Source: Trueperaceae bacterium
GTDB lineage: Bacteria; Deinococcota; Deinococci; Deinococcales; Trueperaceae
Reading direction: 5' to 3'
Length of the DNA: 64,000 nucleotides
Assembly: GCA_965214405.1 (NCBI GenBank)
Contig: OZ243956.1
Span: 2,112,001 to 2,176,000 of the forward strand
Both the position numbers and the translations under genes were made by a program. The notes beneath the pieces were generated by a model. That model had not been told where the DNA came from, made no database searches, and worked only from the letters and a program-made list of their open reading frames with translations. This document shows positions 40,011-50,400 of the stretch, piece after piece (positions within the stretch are counted from its first letter, which is position 1; each line of letters opens with the position of its first letter).

Positions 40011-41468
40011 GTGCAAACGAATAGTTCAACCAATGGTACAGCCCCCGCGCAACCCATGATTGGCGAACAGGTCGAGCACCCGCAGTACGGCCGCGGTCAG
40101 GTCATGGCGGTCTACAAGGGCGGCGGCGAGTGGCTGGTGCGCTTCGAGAGCGGCTTGCGCTTTCGGCGACCTAGGGGAGAATTCGAGGGAGAAAGCTCAT
40201 CCTCCCCCACCTCTTCCTTAGCCCCGTCTACACCTACCATGACAGCACCTGTGACCGCGCCCATGCCCCGCACCCAGTTTGAAGCTCGAGAACTCGTCGA
40301 GGCCTTGCGTTTGGGTATCGCCCCCGCGCAAAAGGCGCAGGCACTGACTATCGGTTTGGAGAGGGAGCGCTCGAGCCTCGTCACAGGTCTGAACCAAGCG
40401 CAGACGCAAGGCGGCGCGGTGCGCGCGGTGGTGGGCGACTATGGGGGCGGCAAGAGTCACCTTGTCGAGCTGAGCGCGCAGGAGGCGCTGGCGCGGGGCT
40501 TTTTGGTGGCGAATACGAGTCTGGATTTGTTAGAGCTTCCCCCGCACCGCGCGTTCAACATCTACGCGAGTCTGGTGGGGAGCCTCCGCTACCCCGACAC
40601 CGACGAGCGGGGGCTGGGGCCGCTGCTGGAGCGCTCGAGCGAGAAACACCTGGCGGGCGCGTTGGCGGAGGCGGCGGGGCTCGAGCAAGACCCCCTGCAA
40701 CTCACGCTCAAGGCGCTCGCCACCACCGCCTCGTCGCGCCAGCGCCTCGCCTGGGAACGCTGGCTCATGGGGGGCCGCCGGACCAAGGCGATGGGAGGCG
40801 CGCTCAAGCAAGTGTTGCCCAGAGGCAACCGCTTTCCGAGCCTCTACAAGGTCGGTCACAACGCCCGCCAGGTGGCCTACCTGCTGAGCGGCGTGAGCGT
40901 CCTCGCCAAACTCGCGGGCTACAGCGGCTTGTGCGTGCTCATCGACGAGGCCGAAAGCTATTCGCTCCTGAGCGCGCAGCAGCGCCCCAAGGCAGGGCTC
41001 TTTTTTAGCGCGATGATCCTTGCGGCCTCGCGTGGCCCTCATCCCAACCTGTCGGAGGAGAGTTTTCCGCAGCACCGCTTCTGGGATTATCCGCTCCGCT
41101 ACGGGAACCCCGCCGCCCTCTTTTTCCTCTTTACCGTGACGCGCAGCGACAACCGTTTGCCCTTAGAGGAATGGCTAGAACCCGAAGAGGTCCTGACGCT
41201 CGACCCTCACCCCGCTCCGCAGGAAATCGCGCAGTTCTTAAAGGTCTTGGAAGGCTTTCACGCCCAGGCCTACACCTACGAACCCGCTGAGCGTCACGGG
41301 CAAGTGCGCCGCGCCGCCGCCGAGCATTTAGCGTTGGCGTTGCGCAACCACATCTTTGGCGTCCGCGGGATGGTGCGCCTCAGCGTCGAGCTCTTTGACC
41401 TTCTTTATCTTCATCCGGGGCTCGAGGTGGTCGAGGTGCTCGACGAGTTGCGCGCCCAGGTGCGTTAG
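40011..41468 (+). CDS. BrxD/DUF2791-like P-loop ATPase (2) with N-terminal Tudor/SH3-like domain
   Basis: VEALRLGIAP; VVGDYGGGKSHL; GYSGLCVLIDEAES; N-terminal GEQVEHPQYGRGQV. Confidence 0.82.
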   Translation: MQTNSSTNGTAPAQPMIGEQVEHPQYGRGQVMAVYKGGGEWLVRFESGLRFRRPRGEFEGESSSSPTSSLAPSTPTMTAPVTAPMPRTQFEARELVEALRLGIAPAQKAQALTIGLERERSSLVTGLNQAQTQGGAVRAVVGDYGGGKSHLVELSAQEALARGFLVANTSLDLLELPPHRAFNIYASLVGSLRYPDTDERGLGPLLERSSEKHLAGALAEAAGLEQDPLQLTLKALATTASSRQRLAWERWLMGGRRTKAMGGALKQVLPRGNRFPSLYKVGHNARQVAYLLSGVSVLAKLAGYSGLCVLIDEAESYSLLSAQQRPKAGLFFSAMILAASRGPHPNLSEESFPQHRFWDYPLRYGNPAALFFLFTVTRSDNRLPLEEWLEPEEVLTLDPHPAPQEIAQFLKVLEGFHAQAYTYEPAERHGQVRRAAAEHLALALRNHIFGVRGMVRLSVELFDLLYLHPGLEVVEVLDELRAQVR

Positions 41469-41520
41469 ACTAAGAGAAAAGAGGAGCGATAAGGGGAGCG
41501 CTGAAGGCGGCGCGGTTTAT

Positions 41521-41597
41521 TGATCCCCCTAAATCCCCCTTGTTAAGGGGGACTTTTGTCCTGTTCCCCCCTTAACAAGGGGGGCCAGGGGGGATCA
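41521..41597. repeat. Nested palindromic CCCCC..GGGGG element (REP/MITE-like)
   Basis: tgatccccct...agggggggatca outer IR with two internal CCCCCTT..AAGGGGG hairpins. Confidence 0.75.
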
Positions 41598-41687
41598 GTT
41601 TTGAGCACAACTCACCCCGTCATTCGCTGAACCTGAGGACCATGCACACTGGACACAAAACATTCAACTCTATCCTGCTGCACTTTT

Positions 41688-43742
41688 ATGGATAAACAAC
41701 TCAAAGCCCAACTCCCCCACACCTGGCGCGCTTTTTTCGCGGGCCACGGCTCTTTTACCGAGGTGCAGCGGCGGGCCATGCCCGTGATTCTGTCGGGGTC
41801 GGACGCGCTGGTCGCCGCCGCCACCGCCTCGGGCAAGACGGAGGCGGCGCTCGCGCCTCTTTTGGAGCGGCGTGTGTTGGGTGGAGGCGCAGGGCTGCGT
41901 TTGCTCTACCTCTGCCCGACGCGGGCGCTGGTGCGGGATTTGTACGGGCGGCTCGAGCCCCCCTTCCGCGCGCTCAACGTGTCTTTGGGCATGAAAAGCG
42001 GCGACACCGGCCCCGTCCCCACGCGCCGCCCGCCGAGCGTGCTCCTCACCACGCCCGAGTCCACCGACTCGCTCCTCACCCGCGCGCCGCGCCTTTTTGA
42101 GACGCTGGAAGCTATCATTTTGGATGAGATTCACCTTTTCGACGACGGCCCCAGAGGCGACCAGGTGCGCTGTCTATTGGAGCGCATCGAGACCATCCGC
42201 ACCTGGGGGCGTCCCGAACGCGCGCCCACGCAGCGCGTCGCGCTCTCGGCCACCGTGGACGCGCCCGGCGAGGTGGCGGCGCGTTATCTGCATGACGCGA
42301 CGGTCGTTCAGGTGGCGGGCAACCGCGCGCTTTCGGCAGAACTTTTTCCGGTCCACAGCCTAGACGACGTGGTGGCGGTCCTCGCGGCTCGAGGAACCAA
42401 AAAAACCCTCCTCTTTTGCAACACCCGCCACGAGGTCGAGGAGGTCGCCGCTTACTTGCGCCGCGCGCTTCCTTTCGAGGCCGCCGTGCTGGTGCATTAC
42501 TCGAACCTGGATACAGCGATGCGCCACGAGGTCGAGACGCGCTTCGCGGAGGCGAGCGTCGCGGTCTGCGTGAGCAGTTCGACCTTGGAGCTGGGCGTCG
42601 ACATCGGCAGCATCGACGAGGTGGCGCTGCTCGGGCCGCCCGCCAGCCTCGCGTCGTTTTTGCAGCGCGTGGGGCGCGGCGGGCGGCGGCGAGGCGAGGC
42701 GCGGGTGGTGTGCGGGGCGCGCTCGGTGCTCGAGTGGCGGCAGTTTGAAGCGCTACTCGGGATGGCGCATGGGCAGCTTCCCATACTGCCTAACGGAACC
42801 TATCACTTCAAACTCTCGGTGCTGGTACAGCAAACATTCAGCCTCCTCAAGCAGAGCCCCACGGGCGGACTCCGACTGGCCGACTTGCGCCGCAGCGTGC
42901 CGGAAGCCCTCGCGGCGTCCTTGAGCAACGACATAATCCGCCATCTGCTCGGTTACTTGAGCGCGGAGGGTTACCTCACGCCGGGGCGGCCCGGCGAGTG
43001 GCGCGCCGGGGTGGGCCTTAACGAACTCGCCGACGAGCACGAGATTTATAGCAACATCGGCGGGGAACTCTTGGCGGCGACCGTCGTGGACGCCTACAGC
43101 GGGCGGGCCATCGCGCAGACCGACCGGCCCCGCATGAAGGGCGAAACGCTCCTCATGGGCGGTCGCCCGGTCGAGGTCGTGTGGCGCGACCGGCGCACCT
43201 TTGCCGTCAAGGAGGGCGACCGCCGCATGGCGAAAGAGTCTTTGCGCCTCCACACCTCGCCGCAGGCGCTGCCGTTGGGGACCGCCCAGGGTATCGCTCT
43301 GACGCTGGGGGTCCCCCAGGGCGCCCTGCCCCTCGTCACGGCGCCTCGAGGCGTCCTGCTCTACCACTTTTGGGGCGACCTCTACGGCGAATGGCTCGCC
43401 GCGATATTGAGGGTTTACTTTTCTCCTGCCGACCCTGCTGATAATGATACAGGCGGCGCGCTCATCACGCCCCACAGCGCGCTGTCGCTCCTCCTCACCT
43501 TTTCGCTCCCCGCGCTGCCGCCGTGGGACGAAGGTGTGGCGCTGGACACACTCAAGGAGCTCGAGCCCCTCTTCGAAACCTGGCTCGAGCTGGGCCGTTT
43601 CCACCCGCTCCTGCCTCCTGATTTGGCCTTACAAAGCGTGCGGGAGGGCTGCAACTTAAAACGTTTTGAAATGCTCTACCGGAGCGCAAGAATCATTTCA
43701 CCCACACCGGAACTCCGCGCCGGGCTTACAGAACTGTTCTAA
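41688..43742 (+). CDS. Lhr-like DEAD/DEAH (SF2) helicase
   Basis: FTEVQ (Q motif), AATASGKTEAA, CPTRAL, TTPES, LDEIH, LSAT, STLELGVDIG, QRVGRGGRR. Confidence 0.9.
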   Translation: MDKQLKAQLPHTWRAFFAGHGSFTEVQRRAMPVILSGSDALVAAATASGKTEAALAPLLERRVLGGGAGLRLLYLCPTRALVRDLYGRLEPPFRALNVSLGMKSGDTGPVPTRRPPSVLLTTPESTDSLLTRAPRLFETLEAIILDEIHLFDDGPRGDQVRCLLERIETIRTWGRPERAPTQRVALSATVDAPGEVAARYLHDATVVQVAGNRALSAELFPVHSLDDVVAVLAARGTKKTLLFCNTRHEVEEVAAYLRRALPFEAAVLVHYSNLDTAMRHEVETRFAEASVAVCVSSSTLELGVDIGSIDEVALLGPPASLASFLQRVGRGGRRRGEARVVCGARSVLEWRQFEALLGMAHGQLPILPNGTYHFKLSVLVQQTFSLLKQSPTGGLRLADLRRSVPEALAASLSNDIIRHLLGYLSAEGYLTPGRPGEWRAGVGLNELADEHEIYSNIGGELLAATVVDAYSGRAIAQTDRPRMKGETLLMGGRPVEVVWRDRRTFAVKEGDRRMAKESLRLHTSPQALPLGTAQGIALTLGVPQGALPLVTAPRGVLLYHFWGDLYGEWLAAILRVYFSPADPADNDTGGALITPHSALSLLLTFSLPALPPWDEGVALDTLKELEPLFETWLELGRFHPLLPPDLALQSVREGCNLKRFEMLYRSARIISPTPELRAGLTELF

Positions 43743-43744
43743 AC

Positions 43745-44128
43745 TTAGTTAAGCACGCGCGTCTCGGGCAACGTCTCACCCTCCAACAGCCGCAGCCAGT
43801 ACCCGAGCGCGTAGACGCTCACGTTGAGCACGCTCTCGAGACTTTTTAAGTGCGCGTTGGTGGAGAGCGCCGAACGCGTTTCAGAGGGTAGACAAGCTCT
43901 TGACAGGATGACGAGCCGCCAGCCTTCCATTGCGACGTGGCTCGAGCGCATGATGCCCGCCTCCGCCGCCGCATAATCGCGCAGGATGTGCGCGTAGTTT
44001 TCATGCGTCGTCACCGCGTGTTTGACGGCCTCATACTCTAGGAGAAGCTTTTCTAAATGCTCGAGGTCGCAGGAGTCAACATCCTTGGCGGTTTCGCGGG
44101 TTTCACAGAGTTTTTCATGAGCTCGCAT
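43745..44128 (-). CDS. Hypothetical protein
   Basis: 127-aa ORF with -10 TACGCT 7 nt before ATG. Confidence 0.6.
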   Translation of the reverse strand: MRAHEKLCETRETAKDVDSCDLEHLEKLLLEYEAVKHAVTTHENYAHILRDYAAAEAGIMRSSHVAMEGWRLVILSRACLPSETRSALSTNAHLKSLESVLNVSVYALGYWLRLLEGETLPETRVLN

Positions 44129-44279
44129 GGGTCGCAGCGTAGCGACAGAGGCGTTTCACACGCGTTCCGGTAGGAAGTTAAGTCGTGGTGAGTGATTAGC
44201 GGTTAGAGCGGTGGGAGCGTTTCAGTGAAGAGGCTGTGACGGCTCGACGTAGCACTAAAGCGGGTTTGGACGTATCTCG

Positions 44280-44855
44280 TTAAAGAAGCCGCAGCGCGCC
44301 CGCCATCACAGCGCCTGTCAAACTGACAACGCTCACGCTGAGGGCTCCTACCGCGTGGGCTTTGGCGGGGGTGAGCTCGAGCGCCGCCGCGAGCGCCCTT
44401 ACCGCCCAGCCCCAGAGCCTGAGCGCGAGCGCGAAAAGCGCGGGCAGGCCGATGAGGATAAAGCAGCCCACAACCACGCCGTTCACCTCCGCAGGTACCA
44501 AGGCCGTAAACAGAGCGGCAAGGAGCGCGAGCAGCACGGTCGGGAGGAGCGAAAGAGCGAGGACCGCGCGCACGCCTCCTTGTGTGCCCCGCCCGCCAAA
44601 GGACCGCCCCAACGACCAGAGCAGCGCGCCGCCCGCGTAAAGCGCGGCGATACCCAGACCGGGACCCATCATCACGCCCAAGAGGGCCGTACCGGGACCG
44701 CCCGTACCAAAAACGGCGAGCCCGCTGAGGCCGCCGACCATAGCCGCCGCGACCGACGCGGGTTGAGGTTCGCCAACCATGCCAATATTGAGCTGGTCAA
44801 TAACCGATTCAGGGTGGGTAAGTAAGGTGCGCCAGGAGGGAGACGGAGTCATCAT
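44280..44855 (-). CDS. YIP1-like membrane protein
   Basis: WRTLLTHP; LGRSFGGRGT...VRAVLALSLLP; leaderless -10 TACGCT. Confidence 0.7.
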   Translation of the reverse strand: MMTPSPSWRTLLTHPESVIDQLNIGMVGEPQPASVAAAMVGGLSGLAVFGTGGPGTALLGVMMGPGLGIAALYAGGALLWSLGRSFGGRGTQGGVRAVLALSLLPTVLLALLAALFTALVPAEVNGVVVGCFILIGLPALFALALRLWGWAVRALAAALELTPAKAHAVGALSVSVVSLTGAVMAGALRLL

Positions 44856-45095
44856 GCCCGTAAGCGTAGCCGCGCCGCTCTTACAAAAAACTTAATCATT
44901 CGGCCTTTAGATAAGGGTAGATAAGGAAGAAGAACTTTTAACGTTACGTTCCACTTTTCACTCGGCACTCACCACCCGGTACTTCCTTACGCGGTGCGCT
45001 CGAGCAGCATCTCGTCTGGAGACGTGACCGCGCCCACACACAAGAGGTGTTAAAAACCGCTCAGATTCTCATAGCGGCTCCGTTATACTGGCTCG

Positions 45096-46157
45096 GTGCC
45101 CCGTTTTCGCCTCTCTTCGTACCTGCTTTTAGAGACCGCCGGGCTTTTCGCGCTGGGCGTGGCGGCCTTTATTTTGCTCTTGTCCATCGATATGCTCGCG
45201 TCGTGGGCAAGTTATCTGATTAACTACAACGCCACGCCGGAGGTGGTGGGGCGGCTCATGGTTCTCTCGGTGCCGCGGTTTTTGCACCTGTCGCTGCCCA
45301 TCGCGGTGGTGTTCGCGGCGCTTTTGGCGACGGGCAGGCTCGCCAAGGATTCCGAACTCAAGGCCGCCTATTCGCTCGGCGTGCCGCCCCTGTCGCTGCT
45401 CTGGCCGCTGCTGCTGTTCGGGGTGCTGGTGAGCGGGTTCGCGGTTGTAAATAACGGTTACTTGGAGCCTCGAGGCGAGGTCGCCACGGACAATTTGGTC
45501 GCCACCTTTCTCACCCAGCGGCCTCCGACCGAGTCGCAGACTGATGTATCTTACGCGCTCGACGAGGGTATCTATTTCGCGGGCCGCATCCGCACGCAAG
45601 AGGGCGACCGGAGCCGCGCGGACTTGAGCGGGGTCACGGTCCTCGAGCCCGGTGGCGTGACCTTGAGCGCGCCCTCCGGGATTTGGGACAGCCGCGAAAG
45701 AACCTGGACTTTAGAGGGTGCCGAACGCACCACGCCGGAGGGCGCGCCGACGGTGGTGGGAACGGTGACGCTGCCCTTTAACACCGAGGGCGACGCGGGC
45801 ACGACCTTAGCCCGCTCGGCGACGCTGACGCTGAGCGAACTCTGGACGCGTTACGGCGCGGCTCGAGCCTCCGGGGGCGAAACGCGCGCGCTGCTGTTCG
45901 ACTTTCACCGCCGCCTGGCGGACGCCTCGAGCGCCTTTATCTTCGTCATCATCGCCGGGGCGCTCGGGCTGACGCTCAAAAACCGCGCGGCGGGCTTTGG
46001 CTGGACCATCGTGCTCTTGGCGCTCTTTTACTTCCTGTGGACGCTCTCCGAAAACCTGTTTTCGCAAAACGTGCTCCCGCCCCTCTCTGCCGCCTGGTTT
46101 ACGAGCGCGGTGGTCGGCCTTTTGGGTGTGGTGCTAGCCGCCATAAGGCTCAGGTGA
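45096..46157 (+). CDS. LptF/LptG family permease
   Basis: LPIAVVFAALLATGRLAKDSELKA; PPLSAAW. Confidence 0.88.
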   Translation: MPRFRLSSYLLLETAGLFALGVAAFILLLSIDMLASWASYLINYNATPEVVGRLMVLSVPRFLHLSLPIAVVFAALLATGRLAKDSELKAAYSLGVPPLSLLWPLLLFGVLVSGFAVVNNGYLEPRGEVATDNLVATFLTQRPPTESQTDVSYALDEGIYFAGRIRTQEGDRSRADLSGVTVLEPGGVTLSAPSGIWDSRERTWTLEGAERTTPEGAPTVVGTVTLPFNTEGDAGTTLARSATLTLSELWTRYGAARASGGETRALLFDFHRRLADASSAFIFVIIAGALGLTLKNRAAGFGWTIVLLALFYFLWTLSENLFSQNVLPPLSAAWFTSAVVGLLGVVLAAIRLR

Positions 46158-46346
46158 GGCTTGTACAGGTGAAGCCTACACAAGTTGAGGGTGCGCGGGC
46201 TCGAGCGTTTGGCGGAGAAGTGACCGGGAGACGCACTAGAGAGAGTTGGTTAAAAAAGTCTCATCCGAGTCAAAAGGAAAGTTTTCAAACACTGTGAATA
46301 GCCATGAATATCAAGTTAAACCTCAACAACAGAGCAACCCTCCCTT

Positions 46347-47429
46347 ATGACCCGACGCTTTAGCCTCTACCTCGTCCGCGAGATCGCGCCCCTCTACGCC
46401 GCCGGGTTGGCCGTCTTGGTGCTGCTGCTGCTGGGGCTTTTTTTGCAGGGCGTGTTGGCGCAGGTGCTCGCGCGCGGGGTGAGCCCGGTGCTGGTGGCGC
46501 AGTTTTTACTTTTCAAGCTGCCCGACGCGGCGGGCTACGGCGTCCCGCTGGCGCTCCTTTTTGCCGCGCTTTTGGGCCTCACCCGGCTGGGGCAAGACAG
46601 CGAAATCAAGGCGGCGCTGCTTTTGGGGCTCTCGCCCAAGGCGTTTGCCGCGCCCCTGCTGCTCTTAGGTCTCGCGGTGAGCGCGCTCTCGTTTATCAAC
46701 AACGAACTTGTGATTCCCTGGAGCGAAAATAGGGCGTTGGAGGTGCAAAAGGACATCCTCATCCAGAGTCCCGAGACGGTGCTCCAGGAGGGGAGTTTTT
46801 TTACCGACGCGCTGGGGCGGAGCGTGTATATCGAGTCGCTCGAGCGTAGCGAAGAGGGCGTCGGGGTCAATAACATTACCGTCATCCAGGCGGGGGGCTC
46901 GGCGGGCGCGCGCTACACCGCCCGCGCGGAGCGCGGCGTGCTTGACGACGCGGAAGGGGTGTTTAGGCTCGAGAACGTACGCTTTTTAAGTTTCCGCGAC
47001 AGCCGGGTGGTGCTCGACATGGTTTCGCCCTCGATGACCCTGCCCGTGCGCGGGCTCGCCGCGGGCGGCACCGAAGTGCCCGACCTCACCAAGCTGCCCC
47101 TGCGCGAGCTTCTTTCGCGCTTGCGGGCCGCTCCGCAGGGCATGGCGGCGGCGGAGTGGACCGCGCTCAACCGCAAGTTTGCCGAGCCCCTGGCGGCCAC
47201 CGCCTTTGCGCTTTTTGCGCTCGCGGTGGGTCTCTACTCGTTTCGGACGGGGGCGGGGCTGGGTTTTGTGTCGGTTTTATTCCTCACATTTTTGTACTAC
47301 GCGACCTGGAGCGTGTCGAAACTCTTGGGCGCGCAGGGGGCGGTCCCGGCCTGGGTCGCGGGCTGGGCACCCGTGGCGCTCTACGCGGGCGCGGGCGTGG
47401 TGCTCTTGGCGCTCTCCTGGAGGCGCTGA
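46347..47429 (+). CDS. LptF/LptG family permease
   Basis: PLALLFAALLGLTRLGQDSEIKA; RKFAEPLA; PAWVAGWAP. Confidence 0.88.
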   Translation: MTRRFSLYLVREIAPLYAAGLAVLVLLLLGLFLQGVLAQVLARGVSPVLVAQFLLFKLPDAAGYGVPLALLFAALLGLTRLGQDSEIKAALLLGLSPKAFAAPLLLLGLAVSALSFINNELVIPWSENRALEVQKDILIQSPETVLQEGSFFTDALGRSVYIESLERSEEGVGVNNITVIQAGGSAGARYTARAERGVLDDAEGVFRLENVRFLSFRDSRVVLDMVSPSMTLPVRGLAAGGTEVPDLTKLPLRELLSRLRAAPQGMAAAEWTALNRKFAEPLAATAFALFALAVGLYSFRTGAGLGFVSVLFLTFLYYATWSVSKLLGAQGAVPAWVAGWAPVALYAGAGVVLLALSWRR

Positions 47430-50400
47430 GTGCGCTTTATTTTTACCGTCCTTTTCATCCTCCTGCTGAGCCTTTTGAGTTTGAGTTTCGCCGTCCGCAT
47501 CGAAATTACGACCAACAATGACGACCCCAATACGCGGCTCGAGTTCCGCCCCATCACCCTGCCCGACGGGAGCGAGACCGAGCTTATCGTCATTCAGAGC
47601 ACACCCGTACGCGTCACGGTTGACGAGGACGTGATTACCGCCGACTATATCGAGTTCGACCGCGAGAACGGCCTGGTGCGGGTGGTGGGTCCCGGCACCT
47701 ACACCTCGGGTGAAGAGGTCTTGGAGGGCGAGGACTTCACCGTCAACTTGGATAATGAGACGTTGCAGGGTCAGGATGTGTTTATTATCACGGGCGCGAT
47801 TGATGTGGTGGGGGCGGGCGCGACGCGGCTGCCGGGGCAGATTAGCGTGACCTCGGGGGCGTTTAGTCCGTGCAGCCGTTGCGACCAGACGCGCGAGGAC
47901 TACGGGTTTCGGGCGCAGCGGCTCGAGCTCTACCCCGGCGACCGGCTCATCGCCTTTGACGTGACCGTGCTCATCCGGGAGCGCGCCGCGTTCTCGCTGC
48001 CCTTTCTCATCGTGCCTTTGGGACCCGAGGACCGGAGGCCGCGCCTCGCCATTACCCGCGGTACAAGCACCGAACGCGCCGCGGTCGCGGTCGATTGGCC
48101 CTACGTGGTGGGGGCGACCGCCTTTGGCGTGACCTCGCTGCGCTACTACGCCGACGTGACGCCGGGCGCGGGCGGTCCCTTCGCCAACGCGCTTTTGGGC
48201 GGACGCGCGCGGGTGAGCTACTTTGGCGGGGGCTTTACGCACACCTTTTTTACCCGCAGTGGGCAGGGTCAAGTTGAATTTGCCTACTTGCCCTCGTTTA
48301 TCGACAGAGACTTGGACGGGGACATCATCGGCGAGGGCAAAACGCCCGACGAGTTTACCGTGCGGTTTTCCTACGACACTTTAGAGGAAACGCTGCCCGA
48401 AATCAACGTGCTGATTGACGAGGACGACGGACGTAACCAGCGCATTATCGAATACAGCGCGAGCGCAGCCAACAGCTTTGGCGGCCTCGACGCGCGCATC
48501 CTGACGCAGGGCTTTTTCGATTTAGACCGCGAGGACGAGGTGCTGACGCCCTCCTACGCGGGGTCGGACACGCCGCTGCGAACTTACATAGAAGGAACGC
48601 TCGCCCTGGATGACGCGCTGAGTTTTAGCGTGGGGCCGTTTGTGCTGTCAAACGCGCTACTCAATATCGGCTTTTTTGAGGATTTCAGCAACCCGATCAA
48701 CCGTAGCGCCGCGCTGGACCGGACCGTGAGGGCGGCGCGGCTCTTGGAGGGTCACAGCCTCGCTCTGCAACCCCTCACGCTCTGGTCGGGTCTGGTGCTG
48801 GAAGGCAACACGGACTTTTTGGGCCGCTACTACACGACGCGCGAAAGGCTTATCGACTGGGACAGCGCGCTGACGCTGCGGCAGAGTTTTGGCGACGCCG
48901 GGGGGCTCGAGCTGAGTTTCGTCCGCAACATTTCAGAGGGCGAGACGCCTTTTTCTTTCGACCGCGTCACGCTCTTTAACGAAACCTACGCGGACGCGAC
49001 GCTCTTCTTGACGCCGCTGCCCTGGCTGAGTTTTTCCGCGAACGAGCGCTACACCTTTATCAACACCCGCCGCCGCACCGAGGTGGGTCCCGGCATTTTG
49101 AACCTGTCGTTAGAGTTTTTCGACAACCTCTCTTGGCTCGACATCACCCTGCAAGAGAGCTACAACTTTGAAGAGCGCGACCCGGGCGAGCTCACGGTGG
49201 ACGCGGTGCTGTCCGTTCCCTTTAACGACGACTTTGACGGCAGCTTAGAAGTCAACCACGTTGAAGACCTCAAATACGCGCCCGACCGCCTTTCTCCGCG
49301 GCTCAGGAATGACTCGAACACCGAGTTCAGCGCCGCTTTGGACTACCGCAACGTACTGCGGTTTGGCCTAGACGGCGGCTACACCTACGACCCCGTGCCC
49401 GTGGAGGGCGAGGTGCTGGATTACTGGATGCCGCTCGAGCTGAGCTTAGAGGCCGGTACGCTCGACCAGGAGGACGCGCTGCCCGGCGCTCGGTTCACTT
49501 TCGTCCGCGACTTGAACGAGGAGATGACGCGGGAGCTGGGGCTCGAGGCGTCAGCGCGCGTGAGCTTTCTCGAGGCCAACTTCGAGCAGCGGCTCGACTT
49601 TCTCGATGGGGAGGTCTCGAGGAGCCTCTACGGCCTCACCTGGCGCGGCGTGGCGACCTTTGAAGCGTCGGGCTTCGCGCTCTTGCCCGCGTCGCTATTC
49701 GGCTTGACCCTCGACCCGGAGGGGAGCGACACCTATATTTTCGACCTCAAAGACGCCAGCCAGCCTTCGGGCGAGGAGCTGTGGCGTCTTTCGTACCGCG
49801 TTCAGAGCGACCGCACGCCCTTTACGGGACCCCTTGGCGAGGGGCGCGTCAGGAGCCGGACGCTCCAGGCGTTCGCCGACACCGAGCCGACGACCTTAGG
49901 CGGCGTGGATTTCGGCGTCCGCTTCGTCGCCGACCTCGTGTTCCCCGACGACTTGGGCGTCACGCGCACCTACCTCAACACCTTTGGCTTGACGCTCAGC
50001 GCCGACTTCTTCGGCACCGTGGGTCTTCAAGGAGACGTGGCTTACCGCGCCACCTACAACACCGCCTTGGACGAAATTACCCAGGCGCTCCTCACCTTTG
50101 ACAACCTCGCGCTGACCGTCCGCGTCCGCGAAGACCTGTTCGTGTCCGCCGCGTTTAACGACACCTGGGACCTCACGGGGAATCTCCCCAACGCGAGCCC
50201 CTTTAACTTTCAGCCCACGCTCTACGTGATCTGGGACCGCTGCTGCTGGGCGCTCTACGGGAGCCTGGACACCGAAACGGGCGCGGTCACCCTGTCGCTA
50301 ACGACGCCGGGCGGCACCCAGGGCGTGTCCCAGGAGTTCGGCACCTTCCTCCGTCTGCCCGGACGCGCGCCCGTGACAGGGATTACAGAGACTAATGTAG

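Noticed and set aside
37798..43742. Calling this a complete BREX or Shango system
   Set aside because: No pglX, pglZ, brxC or pglW and no TerB-like gene nearby; only the ATPase/helicase-type components are present.
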